A stretch of DNA of 64,000 bases from Escherichia coli (lineage in GTDB: Bacteria > Pseudomonadota > Gammaproteobacteria > Enterobacterales > Enterobacteriaceae). The notes below the pieces were generated by a model. It did no database searches, was not told the DNA's origin, and saw only the letters and a program-made list of their open reading frames with translations. Position numbers and translations under genes: made by a program. The DNA lies in NCBI RefSeq assembly GCF_003019035.1, contig NZ_CP027447.1. One strand, 5' to 3'. Shown here piece after piece: positions 11,164-22,264 of this stretch; position 1 is the stretch's first letter; each line of letters starts with the position of its first letter.

Positions 11164-12876
11164 TTAATCCCACAAATCGCGCGCCGGATCGAGCACCGGG
11201 CGAATGATGCCCGCACGCACCGTAAAGTCGCCGAAGCCTTCACCCGCTTCGCGCTCTTTCGCCCAGCGCCCTATCAGTTCATCAAGCGACGCCAGGATTT
11301 CCGGTTCGGTGATGTTTTCTTTATACATCCGTGGGATACGTGTCCCAATGCGGTTGCCGCCAAGATGCAGGTTGTAGCGACCCGGCGCTTTACCCACCAG
11401 GCCCACTTCCGCCAGCATCGCGCGACCACAACCGTTCGGGCAGCCTGTTACACGCATCACGATATGCTCATCGCTGACACCATGTTTCGCCATTAAATTA
11501 TCGATGTTGTCGATAAAAGACGGCAGGAAACGCTCCGCTTCCGCCATCGCCAGCGGGCAAGTCGGGAATGACACGCAGGCCATTGAGTTTTCACGCTGCG
11601 GCGTGACGGCATTCATTAACCCGCTTTCTTTGGCGATCTTCTCGATCTTCGCTTTCTCGCTTTCCGGCACGCCGGCGATGATCAGATTCTGGTTCGCCGT
11701 AATGCGGAAATCACCTTTGTGGATCTTCGCGATCTCCAGCAAGCCGGTTTTCAGCGGACGCCCCGGATAATCAAGGATGCGACCATTTTCGATAAACAGC
11801 GTCAGGTGCCAGTTATCATCAATGCCCTTAACCCAGCCAATACGATCGCCGCGTCCGGTAAACTCATACGGGCGAATCGGCTCGAATTTGATCCCCGCGC
11901 GACGCTCAACTTCCGCTTTAAACGTCTCAACCCCTACGCGCTCCAGCGTGTATTTGGTTTTGGCATTTTTACGATCGGTTCGGTTACCCCAGTCACGCTG
12001 AGTTGTCACGACGGCTTCCGCCACCGCCAGCGTATGCTCCAGCGGCAGATAGCCAAACTCACTCGCCGTGCGGGCGTAGGTTTTCTTGTTGCCATGTTCG
12101 ATGGAAAGCCCACCGCCCACCAGCAGGTTAAAGCCCACCAGCTTGCCGTTTTCGGCGATCGCCACGAAGTTCATGTCGTTGGCGTGCAGATCGATATCGT
12201 TCTGCGGCGGGATCACTACCGTGGTTTTGAATTTACGCGGCAAATAAGTCTGACCGAGGATCGGTTCTTCATCGGTGGTGGCGACTTTTTCCTGATCGAG
12301 CCAGATCTCCGCATACGCGCGGGTACGCGGCAGCAGATGTTCAGATATTTTCTTAGCCCATTCATAGGCTTCCGCGTGCAGCTGCGACTCGTAAGGGTTC
12401 GAGGTGCAGAGTACGTTACGGTTCATGTCGTTAGCAGTCGCCAGCGCATCAAGACCGACCGAGTGCAGCATCTGGTGCACCGGTTTGACGTTCTTTTTCA
12501 GAATGCCGTGGAACTGAAACGTCTGGCGGTTGGTCAGGCGAATGCTGCCATAGATGGTGTTTTCACCGGCAAATTTGTCTATCGCCTGCCACTGTTTGGT
12601 GGTGATCACGCCACCCGGCAGACGGCAGCGCAACAGCATCGCGTGGCGCGGCTCCAGCTTCTGTTCAGCACGTTCGGCGCGGATGTCGCGGTCATCCTGC
12701 TGATACATGCCGTGGAAGCGGATCAGCAGGAAGTTGTCGCCCTTAAAGCCGCCGGTCAGACCGTCGTTTAAATCTTCCGCAATGGTGCCGCGCAGGTAGT
12801 TGCTTTCAAGCTTCATGCGCTCGGCGTCTGTCAGTTTTCCTTCGACCACTAAAGGCCCTGGATGCTTTTCGTTCAT
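11164..12876 (-). CDS. cysI: Sulfite reductase hemoprotein beta subunit
   Basis: 570-aa [25 protein letters not shown]... with siroheme/Fe-S cysteine cluster; cysJIH operon context. Confidence 0.97.
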   Translation of the reverse strand: MNEKHPGPLVVEGKLTDAERMKLESNYLRGTIAEDLNDGLTGGFKGDNFLLIRFHGMYQQDDRDIRAERAEQKLEPRHAMLLRCRLPGGVITTKQWQAIDKFAGENTIYGSIRLTNRQTFQFHGILKKNVKPVHQMLHSVGLDALATANDMNRNVLCTSNPYESQLHAEAYEWAKKISEHLLPRTRAYAEIWLDQEKVATTDEEPILGQTYLPRKFKTTVVIPPQNDIDLHANDMNFVAIAENGKLVGFNLLVGGGLSIEHGNKKTYARTASEFGYLPLEHTLAVAEAVVTTQRDWGNRTDRKNAKTKYTLERVGVETFKAEVERRAGIKFEPIRPYEFTGRGDRIGWVKGIDDNWHLTLFIENGRILDYPGRPLKTGLLEIAKIHKGDFRITANQNLIIAGVPESEKAKIEKIAKESGLMNAVTPQRENSMACVSFPTCPLAMAEAERFLPSFIDNIDNLMAKHGVSDEHIVMRVTGCPNGCGRAMLAEVGLVGKAPGRYNLHLGGNRIGTRIPRMYKENITEPEILASLDELIGRWAKEREAGEGFGDFTVRAGIIRPVLDPARDLWD

Positions 12877-14675
12877 TAGTAGACATCTCGCTGATAACGG
12901 CGCTCTACGCGCAGCTCACTTAAAAATTCATCCGCCGCTTCGGTGTCCATGCCACCAAATTCGGCAATCACTTCCAGAAGTGCCTGTTCAACGTCTTTCG
13001 CCATGCGATTAGCGTCGCCGCAGACATAAATGTGGGCACCGTCATTGATCCAGCGCCACAGCTCTGCGCCCTGTTCGCGCAGTTTGTCTTGTACGTAAAC
13101 TTTTTCTTTTTGATCGCGCGACCAGGCAAGATCGATGCGGCTCAATACGCCTTCTTTCACGTAGCGCTGCCACTCCACCTGGTAGAGGAAATCTTCCGTA
13201 AAGTGCGGGTTGCCAAAGAACAACCAGTTTTTACCCGGCGCTTCGTCAGCAGCACGTTGCTGCATAAAGGCGCGGAACGGCGCAATACCGGTGCCTGGGC
13301 CAATCATAATCACCGGGGTTTCCGGGTTGGCTGGCAGGCGGAAGTTGTCGTTATGTTCGATAAAGACGCGAACTTCGCCCTCTTCTTCCACACGATCCGC
13401 GAGGAAACTAGAGGCACCACCGGCACGGGCGCGGCCTTCCACGTCGTAACGCACCACACCAACGGTGACGTGTACTTCGTTCTCGACTTCCGCCTGCGAG
13501 GAGGCGATGGAATACAGGCGCGGCGTCAGCGGGCGCAGCAAGTTAATGAGGGCTTCAGCGTCAAGCTGTGCCGGAGAGAAACGCACCATGTCAACAATCG
13601 GCGTCGTCGCGGCGTAATGCTGCAACTTCGCTTTATCGCCCACCAGCGGCAGCAGCGTTTCGCTGCGGGTAAGCGTGGCATAGTTCTCAACAATGTTGGC
13701 GGTGTTGACGGTCAGTTCGAAGTGCCACTGTAGCGCTTCGTTCAGAGGCAACGTTTTGCCCTCAACGGTGACAGGTTCATCGCCTTTCAGCCACAGCAGT
13801 TCGACAAGTTCTTTCACCAGTGCCGGATCGTTCTGATACCAGACGCCCAGCGCGTCACCCGGCTGGTAACGCAGGCCCGAGTCACCTAAGTCAATTTCGA
13901 TATGGCGAACGTCTTTTTCAGAGTTACGCCCGGTAATTTTCTGGTTAACAGAGAGGCTCGCCACCAGCGGCGCGTCTTTGCTATACGGGCTGGTGTGGAT
14001 TTCATTTACCGTGCCAGTAGCGACGGATTGCGAAGGTGCCGCGACAGGCGCACGCGATTTAAGCGCATCAACCACGCGGGCGCGCCACTCGCTGGCAGCG
14101 GCCTGATATTCAACATCGGCATCGACACGGTCGAGCAGGCGTTCACCGCCCAGTTCCGCCAGCTTGCTGTCAAAATCTTTCCCGGACTGGCAGAAAAATT
14201 CATAAGAGCTATCGCCGAGGCTAAACACGGCAAATGCGGTGTTTTCCAGCTTCGGCGCTTTTTTGGAGAACAGGAACTTATGCAGCGCGACGGCTTCTTC
14301 CGGCGGTTCCCCTTCCCCTTGCGTTGACGTCACCACGATAAGCAGTTTTTCGCTGGCGATTTGTTTGAATTTATAGTCGCCCGCGTTCACCAGCTTAACG
14401 TTTAGTTTTGCCGCTAATAAGTCATCGCGTAACGCTTCAGCAACCCGGCGCGCATTGCCGGTTTGCGAGGCGGAGATAATAGTTATACCCGGCATTTCTG
14501 CGGCGGGCGCTGGCGTCGCTGCAAGCGCAGCAGGCTGCTGGTTGAGCACGCCCCAGAAATAGCCAGAAACCCAGGCAAGCTGGGTGGGAGTTAAATCGGT
14601 CGTGGCCGCCTGAAGGCGTGCCAGTTGCTCCGGGTTCAACGGAAGCAACGCGGAAGGTGAGACCTGTGTCGTCAT
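12876..14675 (-). CDS. cysJ: Sulfite reductase flavoprotein alpha subunit
   Basis: 599-aa ORF with flavodoxin-like and FAD/NADPH reductase regions; stop overlaps cysI start. Confidence 0.97.
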   Translation of the reverse strand: MTTQVSPSALLPLNPEQLARLQAATTDLTPTQLAWVSGYFWGVLNQQPAALAATPAPAAEMPGITIISASQTGNARRVAEALRDDLLAAKLNVKLVNAGDYKFKQIASEKLLIVVTSTQGEGEPPEEAVALHKFLFSKKAPKLENTAFAVFSLGDSSYEFFCQSGKDFDSKLAELGGERLLDRVDADVEYQAAASEWRARVVDALKSRAPVAAPSQSVATGTVNEIHTSPYSKDAPLVASLSVNQKITGRNSEKDVRHIEIDLGDSGLRYQPGDALGVWYQNDPALVKELVELLWLKGDEPVTVEGKTLPLNEALQWHFELTVNTANIVENYATLTRSETLLPLVGDKAKLQHYAATTPIVDMVRFSPAQLDAEALINLLRPLTPRLYSIASSQAEVENEVHVTVGVVRYDVEGRARAGGASSFLADRVEEEGEVRVFIEHNDNFRLPANPETPVIMIGPGTGIAPFRAFMQQRAADEAPGKNWLFFGNPHFTEDFLYQVEWQRYVKEGVLSRIDLAWSRDQKEKVYVQDKLREQGAELWRWINDGAHIYVCGDANRMAKDVEQALLEVIAEFGGMDTEAADEFLSELRVERRYQRDVY

Positions 14676-14990
14676 GCGTCGTTATGTTCCAGTAAGCAAA
14701 GCTGTTTCTGCGCCCTGTCAGCGCCCATAAAACAGAAGAGAAGGTAAGGTTAACGGGGTGAACGGTGTGGATTAAAGACGGGATAGCGATAACTAATAAC
14801 CAAATCGACTAACCTGTTTTAGCAATAGTCTTTAACAACAAAATAGATTACTCAACCCAATGAAAAACAAGTGAATTTAGCCAATCATTAAGATAAATCA
14901 GCGATTTTGCGCAACAAAGTCGTTTTAGATAATGCGAAAAAACAGCCTTTCCGGTACTCTACGGCGGTTTTATCGTCCTGTAGAGAAATT

Positions 14991-15356
14991 ATGATGTCCA
15001 CCACGTTATTTAAAGATTTCACCTTCGAAGCCGCTCACCGCTTACCACACGTCCCGGAAGGACATAAATGTGGTCGCCTGCACGGGCATTCCTTTATGGT
15101 GCGACTGGAAATTACCGGGGAAGTCGATCCGCATACGGGCTGGATTATCGATTTCGCTGAACTGAAAGCAGCGTTTAAACCAACCTATGATCGCCTCGAT
15201 CACTATTATCTCAATGATATTCCTGGCCTGGAAAACCCGACCAGCGAGGTTTTAGCAAAATGGATTTGGGATCAGGTTAAACCGGTTGTTCCGCTGTTAA
15301 GTGCGGTGATGGTGAAAGAAACCTGCACCGCAGGTTGCATCTATCGCGGCGAATGA
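14991..15356 (+). CDS. queD: 6-carboxy-5,6,7,8-tetrahydropterin synthase
   Basis: Frame of ORF 14907-15356; conserved 121-aa protein begins [33 protein letters not shown] at 14991. Confidence 0.93.
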   Translation: MMSTTLFKDFTFEAAHRLPHVPEGHKCGRLHGHSFMVRLEITGEVDPHTGWIIDFAELKAAFKPTYDRLDHYYLNDIPGLENPTSEVLAKWIWDQVKPVVPLLSAVMVKETCTAGCIYRGE

Positions 15357-15433
15357 TAAGAGTGTGTCGGCGGTCAATTTCCCTTAAGTAACGCTATGTT
15401 AGGGTGTTGCGCTCTGGATATCTGGGGCATGAC

Positions 15434-16705
15434 ATGGAAGACGACTGCGACATTATTATTATTGGTGCCGGTATAGCAGGCACCGCTTGTGCTTTACGCT
15501 GCGCGCGGGCAGGTTTATCCGTTCTGTTACTGGAACGCGCTGAAATTCCCGGCAGTAAAAACCTTTCCGGCGGGCGTTTATATACCCAGGCGCTCGCGGA
15601 ACTCCTCCCTCAGTTTCACCTGACCGCGCCTCTTGAACGACGCATCACTCACGAAAGTCTTTCTCTGCTAACGCCGGATGGCGCAACGACGTTTTCCAGC
15701 TTACAGCCCGGCGGTGAATCCTGGAGCGTATTACGTGCACGGTTCGATCCGTGGCTGGTTGCCGAAGCCGAAAAAGAAGGTGTCGAATGCATCCCTGGTG
15801 CGACGGTAGATGCGCTGTATGAAGAAAACGGCAGGGTGTGTGGTGTCATTTGTGGTGACGATATTCTCCGCGCCCGTTATGTGGTGCTGGCAGAAGGTGC
15901 CAACAGCGTCCTGGCTGAGCGTCACGGGTTAGTGACTCGTCCTGCTGGCGAAGCGATGGCGTTGGGGATCAAAGAAGTGCTGTCGCTGGAAACATCCGCT
16001 ATTGAAGAACGTTTTCATCTGGAGAATAACGAAGGCGCAGCGTTGCTGTTCAGCGGCGGGATCTGTGATGACTTACCCGGCGGCGCATTTCTTTATACTA
16101 ATCAACAAACGCTCTCGTTAGGGATTGTTTGCCCGCTCTCTTCCCTTACGCAAAGTCGTGTTCCGGCAAGCGAGCTGCTGGCTCGCTTTAAAACGCATCC
16201 GGCAGTGCGCCCGCTTATCAAAAACACGGAATCACTGGAGTATGGTGCGCATCTGGTGCCAGAAGGTGGCTTGCACAGTATGCCGGTGCAATACGCCGGT
16301 AACGGCTGGCTGCTGGTGGGCGATGCGTTGCGCAGTTGCGTCAATACCGGAATTTCCGTGCGCGGCATGGATATGGCGCTGACTGGCGCGCAGGCGGCGG
16401 CACAAACGCTGATAAGCGCCTGCCAGCACCGCGAGCCGCAAAATCTGTTTGCGCTTTATCATCACAACGTAGAGCGCAGCCTGCTATGGGATGTTCTACA
16501 ACGTTATCAGCATGTTCCGGCGCTTTTGCAACGCCCTGGATGGTACCGTGCGTGGCCTGCGTTAATGCAGGATATTTCCCGCGATTTATGGGATCAGGGT
16601 GATAAACCTGTTCCACCGCTGCGCCAGTTATTCTGGCGTCATTTACGTCGTCATGGCCTGTGGCATCTGGCGGGCGATGTTATCAGGAGTCTGCGATGTC
16701 TGTAG
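15434..16705 (+). CDS. ygcN: FAD-dependent oxidoreductase, FixC-like (ETF-quinone oxidoreductase family)
   Basis: Frame of ORF 15404-16705; start at MEDDCDIIIIGAGIAGTACAL (FAD GxGxxG) gives 423 aa. Confidence 0.88.
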   Translation: MEDDCDIIIIGAGIAGTACALRCARAGLSVLLLERAEIPGSKNLSGGRLYTQALAELLPQFHLTAPLERRITHESLSLLTPDGATTFSSLQPGGESWSVLRARFDPWLVAEAEKEGVECIPGATVDALYEENGRVCGVICGDDILRARYVVLAEGANSVLAERHGLVTRPAGEAMALGIKEVLSLETSAIEERFHLENNEGAALLFSGGICDDLPGGAFLYTNQQTLSLGIVCPLSSLTQSRVPASELLARFKTHPAVRPLIKNTESLEYGAHLVPEGGLHSMPVQYAGNGWLLVGDALRSCVNTGISVRGMDMALTGAQAAAQTLISACQHREPQNLFALYHHNVERSLLWDVLQRYQHVPALLQRPGWYRAWPALMQDISRDLWDQGDKPVPPLRQLFWRHLRRHGLWHLAGDVIRSLRCL

Positions 16706-16956
16706 CCCGTAATCTCTGGCGCGTTGCCGATGCGCCGCACATTGTTCCGGCTGACTCCGTTGAGCGTCAGACGGTACAACGGTTGATTAACGCCTGTCCG
16801 GCTGGTCTTTTTTCGCTCACACCAGAAGGTGACTTACGTATTGACTATCGCAGTTGCCTGGAGTGTGGCACCTGCCGTTTGCTGTGCGACGAAAAAACAC
16901 TACAACAGTGGCGCTATCCACCTTCCGGATTCGGCATCACCTACCGCTTTGGATAA
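16696..16956 (+). CDS. ygcO: Ferredoxin-like protein, FixX-like
   Basis: Frame of ORF 16660-16956; 86-aa product from MSVARNLW with CLECGTCRLLC cysteine cluster; overlaps ygcN end. Confidence 0.85.
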   Translation: MSVARNLWRVADAPHIVPADSVERQTVQRLINACPAGLFSLTPEGDLRIDYRSCLECGTCRLLCDEKTLQQWRYPPSGFGITYRFG

Positions 16957-16972
16957 ATAACAAGGATAATTT

Positions 16973-17548
16973 ATGTCCCTCTTACACCTGCTCCGCCAGA
17001 ATCCGGTGATTGCTGCCGTTAAAGATAATGCCAGCCTGCAACTGGCAATCGATTCTGAATGCCAGTTTATTTCCGTGCTATACGGCAATATCTGCACCAT
17101 CAGTCAAATCGTCAAAAAGATTAAAAACGCCGGGAAATATGCCTTTATTCATGTCGATTTGCTGGAAGGCGCGTCAAATAAAGAAGTGGTGATTCAGTTT
17201 TTGAAACTGGTGACTGAGGCGGACGGCATTATCAGTACCAAAGCCTCAATGTTGAAAGCGGCAAGAGCGGAAGGTTTTTTCTGTATTCATCGCCTGTTTA
17301 TTGTTGATTCAATTTCGTTTCACAACATTGATAAGCAAGTTGCGCAATCGAATCCGGATTGTATTGAGATCCTGCCAGGCTGTATGCCCAAAGTGCTGGG
17401 CTGGGTGACGGAGAAAATCCGCCAACCGCTGATTGCTGGCGGGCTGGTGTGCGATGAAGAAGATGCGCGTAATGCGATTAACGCGGGTGTTGTGGCGCTT
17501 TCCACCACGAATACTGGGGTCTGGACGTTAGCGAAAAAATTGCTTTGA
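16973..17548 (+). CDS. ygcP: GlpP-like glycerol-3-phosphate-responsive antiterminator family protein
   Basis: 191-aa ORF; family assignment from memory of the E. coli ygcP product. Confidence 0.8.
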   Translation: MSLLHLLRQNPVIAAVKDNASLQLAIDSECQFISVLYGNICTISQIVKKIKNAGKYAFIHVDLLEGASNKEVVIQFLKLVTEADGIISTKASMLKAARAEGFFCIHRLFIVDSISFHNIDKQVAQSNPDCIEILPGCMPKVLGWVTEKIRQPLIAGGLVCDEEDARNAINAGVVALSTTNTGVWTLAKKLL

Positions 17549-17582
17549 CGGGATAATCGTAACAAGTTGAATTTGGTGTGAT

Positions 17583-17692
17583 TTGTAGGCTGCACGCCAC
17601 ATCCGACATTCAGCGCCTGATGCGACGCTTGACGCGTCTTATCAGGCCTACAAGTCCCCAGGCCAGAACCGTAGGCAGGATCATCCGGCAAC
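17583..17692. repeat. REP/BIME cluster
   Basis: GCCTGATGCGACGCTTGACGCGTCTTATCAGGCCTAC flanked by further GTAGGC/GCCGGATG half-sites between ygcP and ygcQ. Confidence 0.6.
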
Positions 17693-17695
17693 ACG

Positions 17696-18556
17696 TTATT
17701 GGCAATCTGCGTGAATGTTTGTCACCAGTGCCTCCAGCACCACTTTCCAGTCATCAACCACGCCAACATCTGCCTGTGAAAATACCGCTGCGCTGGCGTC
17801 ATGATTAATCGCCACCACAAACTTGCTATTGCATACGCCCGCCATTAACGCTGCTGCGCCAGAAGCGCCAACAACAATACACACCTCAGGTGCCAGCAGA
17901 TGTCCGGAAATACCAATCACTTTTTCAGCATCAACGCCACCGTTCATCACTCGCGCCCGACTGTAGCCCACTTCGGCTCCCAGCTTTTCTGCCAGCATAG
18001 CGATTTCCTGGTTATCTGCCTCTCCGCCCTGCCCCACCACCAGCACCCGTCTGGCCTCAGCTAATGGGTCACGGGTAACATTTTTCAGATCCTCTGTGCT
18101 AACCAGCCAGTCGGGAAGCGCGCCGGGGACAATGTTCAGTTGCTGCATACCAGAGGGCAATGTGGCGTTTTTCACTGCTCCCGCCTGGCGGGCAAGGGAA
18201 AGGCATAGCGGGCGTTTTTCTGTTTGCAGCGTCGCCGTTAGCGCATTTCCCCAGTGGGATTTGCGCACGCTTACGGTTGAAATATCTAACGAAGTCACCT
18301 GGCAGATGCTTGCACCATGTAAACGCCAGGCCAGCCGTGTCGACAGTTCATCACCAAACGTTCCCGGCGGAAAGAGAACAACGTCCGCTGGCGTTCGCTG
18401 CCACTGTTCCACCAGCGCATCCAGCACCTGTTCCGCCACTACGGGCTGAGGTTCAATCTGCCAGTGTGCCAGGGTACAACCGCTGAAATCCTGTTCTGCC
18501 AGACAGCTCGCTATTGCGGCATTCTCCTGATTTATTGTCACAATTGCGATATTCAT
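17696..18556 (-). CDS. ygcQ: Electron transfer flavoprotein alpha-subunit-like protein
   Basis: Frame of ORF 17696-18589; start at MNIAIVTINQ gives 286 aa; ETF-alpha-like C-terminal FAD region. Confidence 0.85.
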   Translation of the reverse strand: MNIAIVTINQENAAIASCLAEQDFSGCTLAHWQIEPQPVVAEQVLDALVEQWQRTPADVVLFPPGTFGDELSTRLAWRLHGASICQVTSLDISTVSVRKSHWGNALTATLQTEKRPLCLSLARQAGAVKNATLPSGMQQLNIVPGALPDWLVSTEDLKNVTRDPLAEARRVLVVGQGGEADNQEIAMLAEKLGAEVGYSRARVMNGGVDAEKVIGISGHLLAPEVCIVVGASGAAALMAGVCNSKFVVAINHDASAAVFSQADVGVVDDWKVVLEALVTNIHADCQ

Positions 18557-19332
18557 GGCTGCATCCTTTGGCGTAAATAGTCCTGCCATAGCTTTTGCGC
18601 TTTTTCTGCTACCGTTTGCCCATCAATCAGCGTCGCTCCGCGTTGTTGCTCTGCTCTTGCCAGTTGCAGACACAGCATCGCTGGCGATTCGGCAGCAACA
18701 GTTTTACGGATAATTTCTGCTTTCCCCGCCGCCATTCGCTGACGCATTCCCGGTACTGGCAAGGCCACTTCACCACACTGACGCACGGCAATCACCGCAG
18801 GCAAGCGAACCCGGCAACAGCGCAGCCCGTTTTCAGTACGCTGTTCAAGGGTGATAAACGGCGCGTCGAGAGTAAAACGCTCCACCTGGGTGAAGCAGGG
18901 CCAGCCCAGCATTTCCGCCAGCAAAAATGGCGTTTGCCCATTCTGCCCTTCGCTGCTTTGGCAGCCGGTAATGATCAGATCCAGCGGATTCTGACGCTGC
19001 CATTCGGCAATATGGCGAGCGACAAATTCCGGCGCAAAGCGCAGATCTGCCACCGTCTCCAGCAATACAGCGTCCTCAAACCCAAGAGCCATGAGATAGC
19101 GCAGCCAGTGCAACGCCCGTTCATCCCCCATGCTCAACGCGGTTAAAGACATCGGCGTACCGTTTTTTCTCTGCGCTAACAGAAGCGCGGCAGCCGCCTG
19201 TTCATCAGCACCGAGTAAACTTCGCAGCAGCGAAACATCCGGTCCGCAATTACCCTGAGCCGCCACCTGCCACTCTTTTTCTGCCAGCATTCCGGCATCC
19301 GGTTCGGCTTTAAACGCTAACAGAATGTTCAT
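18553..19332 (-). CDS. ygcR: Electron transfer flavoprotein beta-subunit-like protein
   Basis: Frame of ORF 18553-19338; start at MNILLAFKAEPD gives 259 aa; overlaps ygcQ start. Confidence 0.85.
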   Translation of the reverse strand: MNILLAFKAEPDAGMLAEKEWQVAAQGNCGPDVSLLRSLLGADEQAAAALLLAQRKNGTPMSLTALSMGDERALHWLRYLMALGFEDAVLLETVADLRFAPEFVARHIAEWQRQNPLDLIITGCQSSEGQNGQTPFLLAEMLGWPCFTQVERFTLDAPFITLEQRTENGLRCCRVRLPAVIAVRQCGEVALPVPGMRQRMAAGKAEIIRKTVAAESPAMLCLQLARAEQQRGATLIDGQTVAEKAQKLWQDYLRQRMQP

Positions 19333-20647
19333 TCGCACCTCCTACATTTCCCGCCGCCACCAGCGGGAGTGCTTTGGTTTCTGGCGCCCATAACCAGGTA
19401 ACAACAAAACCAACCAACAACACTGCCGCCAGAAGCAATAAAGTGACCGGCATCCCCCACTGCGCCAGCACCCACGGCAGCAGGCCAGTACTTACCGCCG
19501 CCCCCAACCGACTCATGGCGGTGGCAAAACCGACGCCCAGCGAGCGAATGTCAGTAGGAAAACTTTCCGCAGGCAAAATGCCCACCAGATTACTGACTGC
19601 AGAAATGGTGGTGCTGAAGAGAACAAAAAGCAGCAGCGTTAATGAACTGCCGGAAGGCAAACAGGCCATCACTACCAGCGTTGCCGCCAGCAGCAAAAAA
19701 CTTCCCAGCAAAAACTTGCGATGTGCCAGCAGGTGCGTCAGAACTAATCCCAGCAGCGCGCCCACAATTAACAACGCATTAAGCATCAGGCTGGCGGTCA
19801 GCGCATCCTCCAGACCAATAGTCTGGGCGATGGTCGGCAGCCAGGTATAAATCACAAACCATGGGATTACGAGGCAGACAAAGAAGACGCTGTTAAACGC
19901 CGTGCGTCGCCAGTAGCGCGAAGAGAACAAGGTTTTGATGTGTTTATGGGTCGCCGCTGCCACTTCATCGCCCAGTAAAACATGTGGCCCCAAATAGCGA
20001 TGCACAATAGCGTGAGCTTCAGCAAAACGTCCCTGACGCATCAGCCAGCGTGGCGATTCTGGCGTTCCCCAGCGTAATAACGTAATCAACAATGCGGGCA
20101 GAGCTGCCGATGCCAACAGCCAGCGCCAGGCCTCCGGGTTTTCGGAAATAAAGTGATGTCCAGCAATACTTGCCAGCACATAGCCTACGGTCCACACCAC
20201 GCTGAATGCGCCCAGCAAAATACCGCGATGGCGGCGCGGGGAAAATTCAGCCAGCAAGGTGTGACCGACTGAGTAATCGCCTCCCAGACCAATGCCGATC
20301 AAAATGCGCAATCCAATAAGATGCTCTGGCGTGGTGGCAAAAAATTGCAAGAACGAAGCGAGCGTAATCAGCATAAAACTGAAGGTGAAAATTTTTTGCC
20401 GCCCGATATGGTCGGAGATCCACCCCAAAACCAGGCTGCCAAGAAACAAACCAAGTAACGCCGAGCCGCCGATCATTCCCGCCATAAACGGCGTCAGTTG
20501 CATGGCTGGAGTAAGCTGAATAATGGCGTAACCAATGACGCCGAGGACATAACCGTCGGTCAGGTGCGCACCGAAAGTGAGCGCAGCAATTCGACAGTGA
20601 AAACGGTTAAGCGGTAAATCATCCATTCGCACCGGTGAAGTGTTCAT
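19310..20647 (-). CDS. ygcS: MFS transporter (sugar-porter type)
   Basis: Frame of ORF 19310-20722; start at MNTSPVRMDD gives 445 aa; about 12 predicted TM helices and the GRQKIF / PESPRWL MFS motifs. Confidence 0.85.
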   Translation of the reverse strand: MNTSPVRMDDLPLNRFHCRIAALTFGAHLTDGYVLGVIGYAIIQLTPAMQLTPFMAGMIGGSALLGLFLGSLVLGWISDHIGRQKIFTFSFMLITLASFLQFFATTPEHLIGLRILIGIGLGGDYSVGHTLLAEFSPRRHRGILLGAFSVVWTVGYVLASIAGHHFISENPEAWRWLLASAALPALLITLLRWGTPESPRWLMRQGRFAEAHAIVHRYLGPHVLLGDEVAAATHKHIKTLFSSRYWRRTAFNSVFFVCLVIPWFVIYTWLPTIAQTIGLEDALTASLMLNALLIVGALLGLVLTHLLAHRKFLLGSFLLLAATLVVMACLPSGSSLTLLLFVLFSTTISAVSNLVGILPAESFPTDIRSLGVGFATAMSRLGAAVSTGLLPWVLAQWGMPVTLLLLAAVLLVGFVVTWLWAPETKALPLVAAGNVGGANEHSVSV

Positions 20648-20740
20648 CTTTACCCCTTCATTGTCCGGTAATAAGAACGGCTTCTCGCCTGAGAAGCCGA
20701 AAAGGCAACGCCCCGACATCACGGGACGCTGCCTGACACA

Positions 20741-22195
20741 TTATTTTTCAATCGGATAGATAGTACCCGTATTCATAATGCCGTTAGGATCGAACTGCTT
20801 TTTCAGCCCTTCCAGCAACGCCCACGCGCTGCCGTGTTCCAGTTTGCTCCAGTGAACGCGATGTTTACCGATACCGTGGTGGTGCACCATCGAACCGCCG
20901 AGGCGAATGGTTTCTTCGCAGATGATTTTGTTGAGCGGATTGTGGTACTTGTCGATTTCCTCTTCCGGCTTACAGTCAACGACGTTGTAGTCGTAGACGA
21001 AGTACATGTTGGTGCCGTTCTGATAGCTATGAGAGGAGTGACCGCCCAGCATGGTGATGTCGTCGGCGTGCGCGAACTCGGTACGAATACGGTTAATAAC
21101 GCTTTCGTAGATTTCGTGGATGCAGCTCCAGCAGCCGGACACTTCGGTGGTAAAGCCCATGTTGCCGGTTTTGAGGATCTGCACACGTTCAGCGGCCACT
21201 TTATCCGGCCCCCAGTTCAGGTGATTAAACCAGGTTTCGATCAGCTTGCTGTCCACGCGCTGGCATTGCGGGTAACGTGCCACGATTTCAGCAATCCCTT
21301 CGCCCGTCGCCTTCGCAATGCGAGGGTTACCTTCAGCCATAAAGATCAGCACACATTTACCATCGGCAAAATGGGTGAAGTGTTGGGTGCCATCTTCAGC
21401 GTCATACAAACGAGCGATCGACGGACGATACCCTTCCACCATGATTTCACGCAGGATGTTGAAGCCGGTTTTCATGTCTTCCAGGATATAGCCGTAGAAG
21501 AGGTTGTTTTCCGGGGTGAACTTAAAGATTTTCACTGTTACTTCAGTGATATAGCACAATGCACCTTCGTTGCCGATGATAATGTGACGAATGTCCGGGC
21601 CTGCCGCGCGGCGTGGTACGTTTTTAATACGTGTGACGGTGCCATCAGCCAATACTGCTTCCAGACCAACGACCATATCTTCGATTGCGCCGTAGAGTGT
21701 GGAGAACTGCCCGATACTGCGGGTTGCTACCAGGCCGCCCATCTGCGCCAGCGGTTTTGATTGCGGTGAATGCCCCGTGGTGTAACCTTTTTCACGCAAC
21801 GTGTTTTCCAGCACCTCCAGCGGAACACCACATTGCGCCGTGGCCTGCATATTCTCAATATCAATATTAATGATTTGATTCATGGCAGAGCCGTCGAGCA
21901 CCACCGAGTTTTCCACAACGGTTTCCAGCCCACCTTCGGTAGCGGAAGCACCGGTACGCGGCACACCGTTAATTTTGTGCGCATTCATAAAATTCAGCAC
22001 ACGGGATACTTGTTCTGTGGAACCGAGTTTTACGACCGATGCCGGAATCGGCAAAGTATAAATGCCATGAATATCCGGAAATTTGCGAAAACGGTCAATA
22101 CTGTTTTTCTTTAATACTGTTTCATCGGTAATTACGCGATCTGCACCAACAATTTCCTTTAGCTGGTCGACAATCGCTGCGCGGGATAAAGACAT
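20741..22195 (-). CDS. ygcU: FAD-linked oxidoreductase (alkyl-DHAP synthase / glycolate oxidase-like)
   Basis: 484-aa ORF with FAD-binding PCMH-type region. Confidence 0.88.
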   Translation of the reverse strand: MSLSRAAIVDQLKEIVGADRVITDETVLKKNSIDRFRKFPDIHGIYTLPIPASVVKLGSTEQVSRVLNFMNAHKINGVPRTGASATEGGLETVVENSVVLDGSAMNQIINIDIENMQATAQCGVPLEVLENTLREKGYTTGHSPQSKPLAQMGGLVATRSIGQFSTLYGAIEDMVVGLEAVLADGTVTRIKNVPRRAAGPDIRHIIIGNEGALCYITEVTVKIFKFTPENNLFYGYILEDMKTGFNILREIMVEGYRPSIARLYDAEDGTQHFTHFADGKCVLIFMAEGNPRIAKATGEGIAEIVARYPQCQRVDSKLIETWFNHLNWGPDKVAAERVQILKTGNMGFTTEVSGCWSCIHEIYESVINRIRTEFAHADDITMLGGHSSHSYQNGTNMYFVYDYNVVDCKPEEEIDKYHNPLNKIICEETIRLGGSMVHHHGIGKHRVHWSKLEHGSAWALLEGLKKQFDPNGIMNTGTIYPIEK

Positions 22196-22264
22196 AGTAA
22201 TTCCTTCCTGATAATAAAAATGGAATAGTCATTAATAAGAGAAAACAGAAACCACCGTTATGGA

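Noticed and set aside
11719-12771. 350-aa plus-strand ORF
   Set aside because: Lies entirely antisense within cysI; no recognisable motifs.
13032-13733. 233-aa plus-strand ORF
   Set aside because: Antisense within cysJ.
20834-21760. 308-aa plus-strand ORF
   Set aside because: Antisense within ygcU; repetitive V/F/D-rich composition.
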